Positions 12,092 through 24,885 of a stretch of DNA of 44,004 bases are shown piece after piece. The notes below the pieces were generated by a model that saw nothing but the letters and a program-made list of their open reading frames with translations, had not been told where the DNA came from and searched no databases. Within the stretch, counting starts at the first letter, position 1; every line of letters begins with the position of its first letter. A program made the position numbers and the translations under genes. Source of the stretch: Tubiluchus corallicola (lineage: Eukaryota > Animalia > Priapulida); NCBI GenBank assembly GCA_030141605.1, contig JAQGDQ010001372.1, forward strand, positions 1-44,004, in the 5' to 3' direction.

Positions 12092-13571
12092 GTTCATTAA
12101 GCAGTTGATTTACAGAAAAAATTTAGAAAAATAGTTCATCATTGAGCAGTTGATTCACAGTAATAATTTAGAAAAATAGTTTATCTTTATGCAGTTGATT
12201 CACAGTAAAAAATTAGAAAAATATTTCATCTTTGAGCAGTTGATTCACAGTAAAAAATTAGAAAAATAGTTCATCATTAAGCAGTTGATTCACAGTAAAA
12301 ATTTAGAAAAATAGTTCATCTTTAAGCAGTTGATTCGCAGTAAAAATTTAGAAAAATAGTTCATCATTGAGCAGTTGATTCACAGTAAAAATTTAGAAAA
12401 ATAGTTCATCTTTAAGCAGTTGATTCGCAGTAAAAATTTAGAAAAATAGTTTATCTTTGAGCAGTTGATTCACAGTAAAAATTTAGAAAAATAGTTTATC
12501 TTTAAGCAGTTGATTCACAGTAAAAATTTAGAAAAATAGTTTATCTTTAAGCAGCTGATTCACAGTAAAATTTAGAAAAATAGTTTATCTTTATGCAGTT
12601 GATTCACAGTAAAAGTTTAGAAAAATAGTTATCTTTATGCAGCTGATTCACAGTAAAATTTAGAAAAATAGTTTATCTTTAAGCAGCTGATTCACAGTAA
12701 AATTTAGAAAAATAGTTTATCTTTAAGCAGTTGATTCACAGTAAAATTTAGAAAAATAGTTTATCTTTAAGCAGCTGATTCACAGTAAAATTTAGAAAAA
12801 TAGTTTATCATTAAGCAGTTGATTCACGGTAAAAATTTAGAAAAATAGTTCATCATTAAGCAGTTGATTCACAGTAAAAATTTAGAAAAATAGTTCATCT
12901 TTAAGCAGTTGATTCGCAGTAAAAATTTAGAAAAATAGTTCATCATTGAGCAGTTGATTCACAGTAAAAATTTAGAAAAATAGTTCATCTTTAAGCAGTT
13001 GATTCGCAGTAAAAATTTAGAAAAATAGTTTATCTTTGAGCAGTTGATTCACAGTAAAAATTTAGAAAAATAGTTTATCTTTAAGCAGTTGATTCACAGT
13101 AAAAATTTAGAAAAATAGTTTATCTTTAAGCAGCTGATTCACAGTAAAATTTAGAAAAATAGTTTATCTTTATGCAGTTGATTCACAGTAAAAGTTTAGA
13201 AAAATAGTTATCTTTAAGCAGTTGATTCACAGTAAAAATTTAGAAAAATAGTTTATCTTTAAGCAGCTGATTCACAGTAAAAGTTTAGAAAAATAGTTTA
13301 TCTTTAAGCAGCTGATTCACAGTAAAATTTAGAAAAATAGTTCATCATTAAGCAGTTGATTCACAGTAAAATTTAGAAAAATAGTTATCTTTAAGCAGTT
13401 GATTCACAGTAAAAATTTAGAAAAATAGTTATCTTTAAGCAGTTGATTCACAGTAAAAATTTAGAAAAATAGTTTATCTTTGAGCTGTTGATTCACAGTA
13501 AAAATTTGGAAAAATAGTTCATCATTAAGCAGTTGATTCACAGTAAAAATTTAGAAAAATTGTTTATCTTA
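12092..13571. repeat. 44-45-bp minisatellite, about 33 copies
   Basis: gcagttgattcacagtaaaaatttagaaaaatagtt(c/t)atc(a/t)ttaa. Confidence 0.97.
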
Positions 13572-14154
13572 TACAACAAGCAACTGACACTGATCCATTA
13601 AAAATATTGATTCTGATCCAGTAACAGATTCTGTATCACCAGTTTACAGAAAAAGTTTTCCGTTCTAAAATTAGTAATTATTATAGATTTTGATTTTTGG
13701 ATAATCATAGTTTAATTAACTCCTTCAGGATCGCACCATTCAAAATAAATCTCATAAGACATGACTTTTTTGCTACTGTATGAGCACAGACATAACTAAA
13801 TGATTACAAATTAGGTACTGTTCTGTTCAGGAGAATCTCAGCTATACAACTCAGCCTATCGAGTTGCTCAGTCTGTTTTACACTTGCGGTGAAGTACACA
13901 CTATTTTATGGATTGCATGCCTGTGTAAGAAGTCTGCTGTACACATTTCCAGGAAAACCGACCGATCAGCCAAGGAAAAATTAATGTTGTTTCACTTTTT
14001 AACAGGAATTTCCCGTTAAAAATAGAATAGACTTGAGACCAGAGTATATCAGAGTGTTGTGTCTGGATAATTGAAATTTCCTTCATTAGCTGATTTCACA
14101 CAAGTGATACTGTACATTGTTACACACACAGCAGTTACTGAAAGCTTCTTTCAA

Positions 14155-14160
14155 TTTATT
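14155..14160 (-). terminator. Candidate ATIC polyadenylation signal
   Basis: AATAAA on the minus strand about 265 nt after the ATIC stop codon. Confidence 0.45.
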
Positions 14161-14423
14161 CGTCAAAAATCGATTTATAATTTGTCTAAGGTAAGCAAAT
14201 GCATTTCACATATAATTTTGCATGAAAATCCATTGCGTGACGCGTAGAAACGTACAGAAAATATGAGATACAACACAATCGTTGCTTGGTACGAGCAGTT
14301 TTTCCTGAACCCGTGAAAAATACAGCAAACGCTTACGGTCCTGAAGGACTTGAACGTAGAAAAATTCAGACCGACGCCTCCCCGCTTTCGTCCGATTGTG
14401 TACGTACAATTTTCACTTAAACT

Positions 14424-14543
14424 TTAGTGATGAAAAAGCCTGACATTAATGTGTGCCAACACGATGTCGTACTCGTTGCAAACATCAATGATGCTCCGAT
14501 CAGATACGCTGCCGCTAGGACTTGCTACGTACTCGACTCCAAC
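14424..14543 (-). CDS. ATIC: ATIC exon 14 (last coding exon)
   Basis: VGVEYVASPSGSVSDRSIIDVCNEYDIVLAHINVRLFHH*, the canonical RLFHH C-terminus; 120 nt including TAA. Confidence 0.95.
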   Translation of the reverse strand, partial: VGVEYVASPSGSVSDRSIIDVCNEYDIVLAHINVRLFHH

Positions 14544-14796
14544 CTATAGCAAAATACGTTAATACATAAATGCCGATGCATGACTGAACCGATTTGTAAA
14601 TTCGTAGAAAAATCGTGCCGACAAAACAAACTTTCTACTTTGAGACAAAGATTGCAATTAAATTGTTTAGTGCCTTTTTGCACACAGGGCTAGCGTCGGC
14701 AGTAACACTGTATAAAACTTTCAAATTCAAACTCTTGTGATGACCTAATGGAAGATCATTTGAAACAAGTTTAGATAAAATTGTGTGAAGTTTGAA

Positions 14797-15767
14797 AAGT
14801 ACAAGATTGGAAGGAAAATTAAAGTACAAGATTGGAAAAAAAATTAAAGAACAAGATTGGAAGAAAAATTAAAGTACAAGACTAGTTCAAAAATTAAAGT
14901 ACAAGATTGGAAAAAAAATTAAAGTACAAGATTGGAAAAAAATTAAAGTACAAGATTGGAAGAAAAATTAAAGTACAAGATTGGAAAAAAATTAAAGTAC
15001 AAGATTGGAAGAAAAATTAAAGTACAAGACTAGAACAAAAATTAAAGTTCAAGATTGGAAAAAAAATTAAAGTACAAGATTAGAAAAAAATTAAAGTACA
15101 AGACTAGAACAAAAATTAAAGTACAAGATTGGAAGAAAAATTAAAGTACAAGACTGGAAGAAAAATTAAAGTACAAGTTTGGAAGAAAAATTAAAGTACA
15201 AGATTGGAAGAAAAATTAAAGTACAAGATTGGAAAAAAATTAAAGTACAAGATTGGAAGAAAAATTATAGTACAAGACTAGAGCAAAAATTAAAGTACAA
15301 GATTGGAAGAAAAATTAAAGTACAAGATTGGAAAAAAAATATAGTACAAGATTGGAAGAAAAATTATAGTACAAGACTAGAACAAAAATTAAAGTACAAG
15401 TTTGGAAGAAAAATTAAAGTACAAGATTGCAAGAAAAATTAAAGTACAAGACTAGAAAAAAATTAAAGTACAAGATTGGAAGAAAAATTATAGTACAAGA
15501 CTAGAACAAAAATTAAAGTACAAGATTGGAAGAGAAATTAAAGTACAAGATTGGAAGAAAAGTTAAATTACAAGATTGGAAGAAAAATTAAAGTACAAGA
15601 CTAGAACAAAAATTAAAGTACAAGATTGGAAGAGAAATTAAAGTACAAGATTGGAAGAAAAATTAAAGTACAAGATTGGAAGAAAAATTAAAGTACAAGA
15701 TTGGAAGAGAAATTAAAGTACAAGATTGGAAGAGAAATTAAAGTACAAGTTTGGAAGAAAAATTAAT
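14797..15767. repeat. 24-bp minisatellite, about 40 copies, in the last ATIC intron
   Basis: aaattaaagtacaagattggaaga. Confidence 0.97.
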
Positions 15768-16484
15768 CTCAAATAACATGATCATGAGGCCAAAAAAGAA
15801 TTTAATTCTCTCATCAACTCAGAAGATGGCAGCAGGGAGGGAGTTGTGAATGTTGAAAGCTGAATTGCGGAATATTTAAAATCAGTTGAAATCAAAGTTT
15901 GTTTATTTCCCACTGGTTAGCAGCAATGTTTTAATTTTTTTCAATGCACATTTTTTCACGCTTTGCTGTTTAGTTTCGCATTACTAAGTTATCATATAAT
16001 TATTCGATAAACTTTAATCTCCAATACAATGAGCAGCATTACAAAATGGCAACCCTGGCCGAGAATTAGCCGAGGAAAAACACGGACGCGTCCTGCGTTC
16101 CCCGAAAGAACGATGTTATAATAATGATTGTGTGTCACGTTTTAATTAAAAAAAATACGTTTTTATATGACAGTGTCAAGTGTATGAATGTACAAAAATG
16201 TACATTTGACTCAGGGGGTCGAACTCCAAGATGGCATAGCGGTCTTGATATTGGACTGAATTCGACTCAGGGGGTGGAACTTCAAGATGGCACGGCGTTC
16301 GTGATATTGCGCATCATGAAGATCCATTTTACTATCGTTGTGTAACCGATTACTTAACTACAAATGTCAATTTTAATTACAAATGTTATGCTAATTAACT
16401 GAGTTAATGTCTGTAAACTAGTACCTTATACCTGTTATAGCATGTCATCTAAATCTCATAAAACAAAATACACAAAAACTACAC

Positions 16485-16781
16485 TGTACGGAGTTTATTA
16501 TCAGCACTAATAAAAATAGGGAACCAAAATACACGTGCACAAAAAATAACTAACTAACTCAGTAACAGCACTACACCCGAGGAGCACCTGTGTCAGAAAT
16601 CCAGGCTGTAGTGACCTCTACACGCTTTTATACTGGCATTCCAGGTCAGCTGGCTTCTCACACCCCGTGTAGGCCCAAACAAGACGTCTGGACCTACAAG
16701 AAAGGGGTGAGTCGCTGCTGACGTGGAAGCAGGGCGTGTAGAGGGCCCTACACCTGACCCGACACAGGTGCCTCCGTAACA
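16485..16781 (-). mobile_element. Probable solo LTR
   Basis: TG-TACGGAG ... CTCCGTAACA inverted ends; TATAAA and AATAAA on the minus strand; flanks acac/atat match imperfectly. Confidence 0.5.
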
Positions 16782-16920
16782 ATATATAAAATTCCTGGCT
16801 GGGTACGTGATAAAAAAATATTACCCGGGCGATTATACGGAAACAAAAGTATTTTTATTTGTATTTTTATTCACTCCCATGGAACGAAACACACCTAAAA
16901 GATCACAGAATGAAACCTAC

Positions 16921-17016
16921 CCGAGCAGCACAGTCGATACTGTCACGGAATGGAAAGAAGGCATCTGAACTCAGAACGACTCCCCGAAGTTTCCGCAGCC
17001 AATCACGTCTCTCGCT
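16921..17016 (-). CDS. ATIC: ATIC exon 13
   Basis: SERRDWLRKLRGVVLSSDAFFPFRDSIDCAAR (PurH SDAFFPF.D motif); 96 nt. Confidence 0.93.
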
Positions 17017-17220
17017 CTGAAAGTAAAAAATTGTTATTGTCTTTCGTAAAGCTTCTCTTTCACGATCGTTTTGTAATACCGTTGCCTTGGTAACAATTCA
17101 CTGAACTGTAGGTTTAGAGTTCAAGTCTGTTTATTTTAAGATAAATCACTTTTCTGTTTTGACTGTTCCAATCAAAACACTTTGATAAGAGATGTGAATG
17201 ATAATAGATAACCTTTACCA

Positions 17221-17555
17221 ATTAGCCAAACTTTGAAGCAGTTTAGAGTCTGCTTCACCAGAGACAGAGTGCATGAAAGACGGAGTGCTTACAGAGTGAC
17301 TGTCCGAAAGTTACTGCCCCGTGTGTCAGCTTTTTCGTTACTTTTTTTAACACCAAAACGCTTCACTGAATCAGGAAGTTTTTCGAATTAGCCAAACTTT
17401 GAAGCAGTTTATAAAGTCTGCTTCACCAGAGGCAGGGTGAATGAAAGACGGAGTGCTTACAGAGCGACTGCCCAAAAGTTACTGCCTCTGTGTGAGCTTT
17501 TTCGTTACCCTTTTTACAATAGCAAAACGCTTCACTGAATCAGTAAGTTTTTTTA
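17221..17555. repeat. Tandem duplication, about 166 bp x2
   Basis: attagccaaactttgaagcagttt...cgcttcactgaatcag occurs twice. Confidence 0.9.
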
Positions 17556-17886
17556 ACTAGGTAACATTCATGAGGTCTTGGTACAAGCAATTACTAAGTT
17601 AATGTCCTAGTGGTGATAATTTGTACAAAACAAGAAACAGGAAATACTTCAGGAAAAAAACAGAGAAATCAGTAACTCCATAACAAATAAAATTCCTGGC
17701 GCTGTAAGCTTTTATTTTTTCAAAAAAGTGAAAAAATGATAATTTATGATAAAAAGGTTATCATCTTTACTGTTATACTCATTCCATCAAGCAGCTGTCT
17801 CTTCATACAAATTCCAGTCAATTTCTGCCTGCTACAACAGGCACTCCACAATGTGACACACCTTCAACTACAACAATTCAACTCAC

Positions 17887-17946
17887 CACTGTCAATGCTG
17901 GTGGTACATGTTCCAACGAGTTCAAAAGTTCAACATCGTCTACCTG
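17887..17946 (-). CDS. ATIC: ATIC exon 12 (NAGNAG acceptor: starts at 17946 or 17943)
   Basis: ttttcAG|cAG|GTA GAC ... (Q)VDDVELLNSLEHVPPALTV|GTgagt; fills the expected gap, phase 0/0; weakly conserved region. Confidence 0.75.
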
Positions 17947-17966
17947 CTGAAAATAATGAAAACAGT

Positions 17967-18005
<39 letters not shown>

Positions 18006-18125
18006 CACAACCACAACAACAACATCATCAAGAAGAAAAACAAGAAGAAGAAAAAGAAGAAGAAGAAGAAGAACAACAACAACACCACCACCACCACCAC
18101 CAACACAACAACAACAACAACAACA

Positions 18126-18157
<32 letters not shown>

Positions 18158-18225
18158 AGCAACAGCAACAACAACAACACCACCACCACCACCAACACAA
18201 CAACAACAACAACAACACCACCAAC

Positions 18226-18267
<42 letters not shown>

Positions 18268-18274
18268 CCACACC

Positions 18275-18311
<37 letters not shown>

Positions 18312-18380
18312 CCACACCAACACAACAACAACAACAACAACAACACCACCACCACCACCAACACAACAACAACAACAATA
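17967..18380. repeat. Compound trinucleotide microsatellite (AAT/AAG/AAC/ACC/AGC)
   Basis: Direct reading; lies about 20 nt upstream of the ATIC exon 12 acceptor. Confidence 0.97.
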
Positions 18381-19478
18381 AATTTCTTTATTGTTATTAA
18401 AATTACACATAACTGAACTGTAAACTTCACATTCAAAAACTGATAGTGTAATCAGTGTTTCCGCTGCCGTGAACAATAGTGTTATAGAGTAAAATGAATT
18501 TACAATTAAAAACACAAGCAAGGTTGTAATTAATTACATAAGTACATAAATTTAAGACTTCAAAACCTTGGAATATTTACAAATTGAAATTGAAATTGGA
18601 TGCTTTATAGATGTTTTGTGTTGAATATGGATAATACATAAGCTGTGATTTGATCTTATTATATTATTGATTTTTTGGAGGCTAGTTCAGTATTTTCCAA
18701 TTCATTTTTGAATTTTTGTAGAGTCACTAGAAAACAAGATAAAACAGAAAATATTTTGTGGATTTAATAAAATCAAAGCACAAAAACGCTCCTCATAAAT
18801 GAATCTTAAAAGATTCTTATCCGGAGTTCATATCATTTACATCTATCTTATTGTGCATAGAGCTTGCGTTAGCAGCAACGCTGTATAAAATTTGTAAATC
18901 TGAGCTCCCGCGATGATCATTAGACGCAGCCATTTGACAGTAAGGCGTTTGAAACAAGTCTAGATAACATTGTGTTAAGTTTGAAAAAATAATCAGAGCA
19001 TTCGTAGTCCATTCTTCACGAACTAAGTAAAATTTTAAATCACTATATCTTGTCAATAAGATTAAAAATACGTTTTTGGTCAGCGACACTTAACAAGTTG
19101 GTAAAAACATTTTAAATTATTATTTCTAGTTGCATAAATCTTTCCAGGCTTAAACAGGAATTTCTCCTTTTTTTTTGGTGAATCAGTGATGCATCCTGGG
19201 ATGGTAAGTCTGACAGTGAAGTTATAAGTCTTTCAAACAGCTAAGCCTATAAAAATGCTAAGTAATGTAACTTTTACGGGAAGTTTTACGGGATGAAGTT
19301 AAAAATGACCCTTTCTTCAGCTTGTGACCAGTGAAAAGTTTAGATAATATTACGTAAATTTTCAAGAAATATTGAGAACACTTGAGGCGCAGGCTTCTCT
19401 AACTAAGCAAAAGTTATCTTATCATCATCATTATTATTACTTCATCTCGTCCATCATCTTTATTATAAGCAATCGTAC

Positions 19479-19587
19479 CTCTTCCAAAGAACTGTTAACA
19501 TAAACGTCAACTGCGTTTGTCATTTCCGTCCGTTTCACGCCCTTCTTAAAGTGCATGCTCAAGACATTCGGATGCTGACGAAGCCAC
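19479..19587 (-). CDS. ATIC: ATIC exon 11
   Basis: (W)[36 protein letters not shown]; 109 nt. Confidence 0.92.
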
Positions 19588-20170
19588 CTAGAAGAGACTT
19601 CCTAGTTAAAGCAAACCCGACCCAATTTCTCTGCAGTTTTGGTAAATTGCTCTTCTAATAGTATTTAATAGAAAGGGCATATTTACCAATAGGTTACACA
19701 TATTTTCTAACACCCCACAAACAGTTACTTAGTCCAATTTTATATAAGACTTGTCCACCATCATATTAGTGTTATATAACAAACAAGTATATTTATTGTA
19801 TAAAACATAATACACCACAAACAGTTGCTCCGCCTGCTTAGATATAAAAGTTAGGCATATAAGAGCTACACATAAGAAGAGTCCAATTAATAGGCATTAA
19901 TGATATTAATACACCACACGTAATTGTATCTGCACTTCTTATACAAATAGCCAAAGATAAAGATCAGCATGTACTGTACTATAAGCCTAAGGCGTCATAA
20001 TATTTTGATGCTCTCAGTGTTAACCGACAAATCTTAACCCCGAAATCTTATAAAAAAAAACACAAATTTTAAATAAACATTTTTTCCGTAAATTGAAGAA
20101 CTCGCTCTCTCCAAACCCGTAGGGGTTTTTAGCTCACAGAAACTTGAAAAATTTTCACGAATAATTTTAC

Positions 20171-20337
20171 CAGTTTTTGGCTTTTTCCGCTGCAAGCTTG
20201 ACACACTGCACACGAGACTGCTGCCCCGCTCCGACTCCAATAACCTGCCCGTCCTTTACGAGGCATACTGAGTTGGACTGCGTGTACTTTACGCATGTCG
20301 TAGCAATAATCATATCTCGTATAATGCTCTCAGGTAC
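20171..20337 (-). CDS. ATIC: ATIC exon 10
   Basis: [55 protein letters not shown]; 167 nt, phase 2. Confidence 0.93.
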
Positions 20338-20384
20338 CTACGTAAATGAAATTACACGATATCTACAAATATATACCTTTACAG

Positions 20385-20799
20385 TAGGGGTGTGCAAATT
20401 ATCAGACTAGCCGGGTCACATTAAACTTTCCCGCAATTCCTTGGCCACATGCAGTTTGATCAAGGAGCAAAGTACAGAAAGGCCTAATAACAATTTTTTT
20501 TGCATCCGACTTGCGCACATCATTACTACTACACTCAAGAAACTATTTTAGAAGTTATTAAAATTTATATTAAAAACCATATATTTCATCATGTCCGACA
20601 GTGACATTAAGTGACAACTGTCTTGTAAGGGTTAATGCCATCCGATCTAGAGGAAAAACTACCCGCACTATCTTTGGCGCGGACTTCAGCTGGATCGCGT
20701 GGGCCGCACTTTCATTACGTTGACAAACCTCTTCGCGGGCCGCACAAGATCTCTCGGCGGGCTGCAAGTAGCCAGCGGGCCGCAGTTTGCACACCCCTA
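20385..20799 (-). mobile_element. hAT-like MITE, copy 2 (shorter variant, inverted)
   Basis: TIR TAGGGGTGTGCAAA; TSD ctttacag/cttaacag. Confidence 0.85.
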
Positions 20800-21316
20800 C
20801 TTAACAGAAATTTATTTATTTTATTTGCAATTAACATTTTATCAAAAAACTCGATAGTTTCATACTAACTATCGCTAGTAGGAAAGCACTGCCTAATTAT
20901 TTAAAGGAAAAGGCAACACTTTTCATAAATAAAGGCGATCTGTGCTCAACGGAGGTTAACCGACTTTTCAGCTTACGAAAAAAACCAGCTAAGTCAGCTA
21001 AAGCTCACAACTTTTCTTAACTAAATAAATGATAAATTGTTAGTTAACCGTTAATTACGGAGACAAATTTTTTAAATAATTCGTGTTGCTTATACACATA
21101 GAGAAGCTGATGTACAGATTCAAATAATGGATTAGAGATCAATTTTTCATTATTACAAAAAAGCAATGATTTAGTGCAAATCTAAGTCTAACTCCTGGTA
21201 AGCTTTATCTTCGTTACCAATAAATCAAAATCAAAACACCAAAATGATCTCAGACATGTGACTAACGTTCTGACAGCGAATGTGCGATGCGTTTGTCTTA
21301 TTTCAACCAGTGATTT

Positions 21317-21710
21317 CTTCTTCTTCTTCTTCTTCTTCTTCTTCAATGAATCACACGTCCAGGGACATGATACTGCTCACCTCCCTATGCCAGGACTCCC
21401 TACACGCTGCAATGCCCCAAGTGCATTTATTTCTAAGGATCAATGCTGAAGTGTTTAAATCTTTCTGTGCAAAATCTAAATATGTTAACATTTGTCCTCC
21501 TGCAGGTTTTTTAGCTGGTTCTCTATGGCGTGTTGAAGAGCTATCTTTACTGGAATATCATCAGGTAGTCTAAGCATGTGCCCAATCCATCTTAAACGTC
21601 GTCTTTTTATTTTTCTTGTCCAAGGTTCTTCTTTTATTTTTTCATACAGATCTTTGTTTGAAATTTTCCTTGGCCATCTAATACCCAAAATGTTTCTGTA
21701 ATTCCTCCTC
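21317..21710 (-). mobile_element. 5'-truncated non-LTR retrotransposon (RTE-like)
   Basis: RNILGIRWPRKISNKDLY...KIKRRRLRWIGHMLRLPDD resembles the post-RT C-terminal region of RTE-type LINEs; (GAA)n 3' tail; 13-bp TSD caaccagtgattt at 21304-21316 and 21711-21723. Confidence 0.85.
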
Positions 21711-21957
21711 CAACCAGTGATTTGCAGTGTCACGTGATTATCGCAAGAGCAGAAATCTTCGCGGGGCTAGGGCGACTGTAGAAATAAACTGACTGTAGCT
21801 CAGCTGCTAAACGGTGCGGCACTGCGCTCCATTTATAAACAAAGCTTAAAAATTTCTCTTGAAATTTTGTACCACTTACATGTTATCTTATTGCGTACAG
21901 GGCTTGCATTGACAACAACACTGTATAAAACTGTAAAAAGTGCATAAAGATGCTCAC

Positions 21958-22176
21958 CAGCTTTCGATCGGTCACCACATTTTTAAATAATTCTGCACCG
22001 ATGACGGCATTGTTCCTTGTCTGTTCAAGCTGCAGGCCAAATACGGTCCTAGTTTCCAAATCCGCCGGTTGGTACAGCGGGTCCATCTTCATCACGCAGT
22101 ATTTGCCGCCCTTCTTCTTCCGCAGCATCCCCAGAGCTTCCTCCCCGTATCCGGGAGCGATTATACCATCGGATAC
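21958..22176 (-). CDS. ATIC: ATIC exon 9
   Basis: [28 protein letters not shown]...[13 protein letters not shown]; 219 nt. Confidence 0.95.
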
Positions 22177-22469
22177 CTAACAGTGTTTAATTCTTAATTA
22201 TTTTAATGATTATTTAATTAATTTCCTTATTTTAATTAATTAGTTATTTAATTGTTGGCGCGTTTCGTGATTAACGGACGCGATAATTTGAAAGCGGGAG
22301 AATCTTGGCTGGACTTCAACTATCAGTGGTCAGATGGTTGTGGTCAGTGGTCAGATCTACTCAATGTCTGCAGACTGAAATCTAGCTCACTTACAAGACT
22401 GCTCTAAATTGAGGCACTGCACTGGCAGAGGCGTCCCAGCCATGCTTGAATGTGTATGTGCAAGCTCGG

Positions 22470-23108
22470 TAAATACCTCGGAAATAGTATAGCGCATGAA
22501 GTCATCCAAAACGAATATTTAACACAGCAGTCACCTATCCATAAACTATCCAGGGTTGGTGCTGCTTTAATGCACTCACTATATACACACATATAGTAAC
22601 CACTTAGCTATTTGTACTGCCCCCTCACATGTAAATACCTGGGAATAGCATAGCACATGAAGTCATCCAAAGCGAGTATTTAACACAGCAGTCACCTATC
22701 CATAAACTATCCAGGGTTGGTGCTGCTTTAATGCACTCACTATATACACACATATAGCAACCACTTAGCTATTTGTACTGCCCCCTCACATGTAAATACC
22801 TGGGAATAGCATAGCACATGAAGTCATCCAAAACGAGTATTTAACACAGCAGTCACCTATCCATAAACTATCCAGGATTGGTGCTGCTTTAATGCACTCA
22901 CTATACACACATATAGTAACCACTTAGCTATTCGTACTGCCCCTCACATGTAAATACCTGGGGATAGTATAGCATATGAAGTCATCCAAAACGAGTATTT
23001 AACACAGCAGTCACCTATCCATAAACTATCCAGGATTGGTGCTGCTTTAATGCACTCACTATACACACACACACTAACCACTTAGCTATTCGTACTGCCC
23101 CCTCATAC
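22470..23108. repeat. About 160-bp tandem repeat x4 in ATIC intron 8
   Basis: gtaaatacct(g/c)gg...gaagtcatccaaaacgagtatttaacacagcagtcacctatccataaac... Confidence 0.93.
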
Positions 23109-23290
23109 GTAACTGAACAGAAAGTGACGTACATGCTGCAGTGAGGTGGCATATCGTAACGGGTACAAAAAATTACAAAGAAAAGCAACTCTGGAGAAAA
23201 CATGATAAGACAATGGTGAGAAAAAATTTCACGGGAAAGAATTTTTTGGAAAACTCCGACAGTCATAACGGACAAATGCCAAATACCCAC

Positions 23291-23484
23291 CTCTCTTGAA
23301 ATAATTCTGGCCGTTGCCGTATCACACGGCTCGGACAAAGCCACGAAATCTCCAAATGAAGCCAGTCTATCGGCAGCGCGAGCGCGAGCGTACGCCGAAG
23401 CCAGTGGAGTCAACGTATGCAACAAGTCATCCACCATGCAATGCTTGGCTTCAACTTCACTGAGCGGAATTCCTACGGCTGCAC
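23291..23484 (-). CDS. ATIC: ATIC exon 8
   Basis: [18 protein letters not shown]...[33 protein letters not shown]; 194 nt. Confidence 0.95.
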
Positions 23485-23665
23485 CTAGAAAGAGAAACCC
23501 AGTCGTACAACAACACATCGGGGACGTCACCTACAAAGAGAAACCCAGTCGTACAACAGCACATCGGGGACGTCACCTAGAAAGAGAAACCCAGTCGTAC
23601 AACAGCACATCGGAGACGTCACCTAGAAAGAGAAACCCAGTCGTACAACAGCACATCGGGGACGT
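23482..23665 (-). repeat. 46-bp repeat x4 containing the ATIC exon 8 acceptor
   Basis: Minus-strand ...ctgggtttctcttt(c/g)tAG|GTG; plus-strand cacct at 23482, 23528, 23574 and 23620. Confidence 0.95.
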
Positions 23666-24342
23666 TAGCGAAACTAAATTTTCATTTCGGTTTGCAACAA
23701 TTGCACTTTGGGTTAAGTTTGGGTTGGCGAAATTTATTGTTTCTTTATAAGTGTATCTTTATGCACATTTTACAGTTTTATACAGTGTTGTTGTCAATGC
23801 AAGCTCTGTGCGCAATAAGATAACATGTAAGTGATACAAAATTTCAAGAGAAATTTTTAAGCTCTGTTTATAAATGGAGCCCAGAGCCGCGCCGTTTCAA
23901 CTCAACTCCAGTCAGTTTATTTCTACAGTCGCCCTATCCCGGATAAGAAACTCAGTTTTAGGGGCAACAGCCGTTCAGTGATGGGAGTTGAGCTAGCCGA
24001 CGTTTGTATCGGCTGCGAAGATTTCCGCTCTTGCGATAGTCACGTGACAAAATTTATTAAATTTCGTAGTCGAAATTTCCGATAATTTTCCGTAGCATTT
24101 TTCCGAGGTTTTACTAGTATTTATTCCAATTTTTCTTTTTTCTCCTAGAAACACTCTCCTCTCAAAAACTGCTGAAAAATCTTGGCTAAAATAATTCAAA
24201 TGCAGCGAAAATTTCATTCACGTAACAGTTTGTGACGTGGTTTTTACTGGCAATGTGGCATATCTTCAGTGCTGACCACTGTAAACTTTGAGGGCCCCCG
24301 GACTCAATCGTCCGAAATATCAAAGCACATCTAGATTTGTTT

Positions 24343-24735
24343 GTATCCAGAAAAGTGCGCAGAGAAAACTATTAATACTACCTTCAGCTTTTAATTATTG
24401 ATAGTAGTATTATCAACTCACATCCGCACCACCCTTTTGGATTAGTATCCAGAAAAATGATGCAGAGAAAACTGTTTATACTACCTTCGGCTTTCAATTA
24501 TTGATAGTAGTATTATCAATTCACATCTGCACCACCCTTTTGGATTAGTATCCAGAAAAGGACGCAGAGAAAACTGTTTATACTACCTTCGGCTTTCAAT
24601 TATTATTACTGAAGTAGTATTGATCATACTACTTTCACTAGTACTGATAATACTACTGATTATACAGTAGTATGATAAATTTACATCTCCGCCGCCCATC
24701 TGAATTACGGCCCAGAAAGAATGCACAGAAAACCA
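24343..24735. repeat. About 102-bp diverged tandem repeat x3-4, with a partial copy near 25657-25712
   Basis: gtatccagaaaa...gagaaaact...tactaccttc...caccacccttttggatta. Confidence 0.8.
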
Positions 24736-24759
24736 TTAGCACCACTAATCCATATTCAC

Positions 24760-24885
24760 CTGTAGGGCTGACGTGCTTGAAAGATGCAGCAGCAGGTAGA
24801 CCAGCCTCAGCACCAAGTTCTTTAACCAGTTGCCAAGCGTTTAGAGCATCACATAAGTTAATGAAGCCAGGTGATCCGTTTAACA
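24760..24885 (-). CDS. ATIC: ATIC exon 7 (transformylase catalytic Lys-His)
   Basis: [24 protein letters not shown]...[11 protein letters not shown]; 126 nt. Confidence 0.95.

Noticed and set aside
11038-15767. Regular short-repeat arrays as possible CRISPR loci
   Set aside because: Units are contiguous with no unique spacers, there are no cas genes, and the context is a eukaryotic genome with introns.
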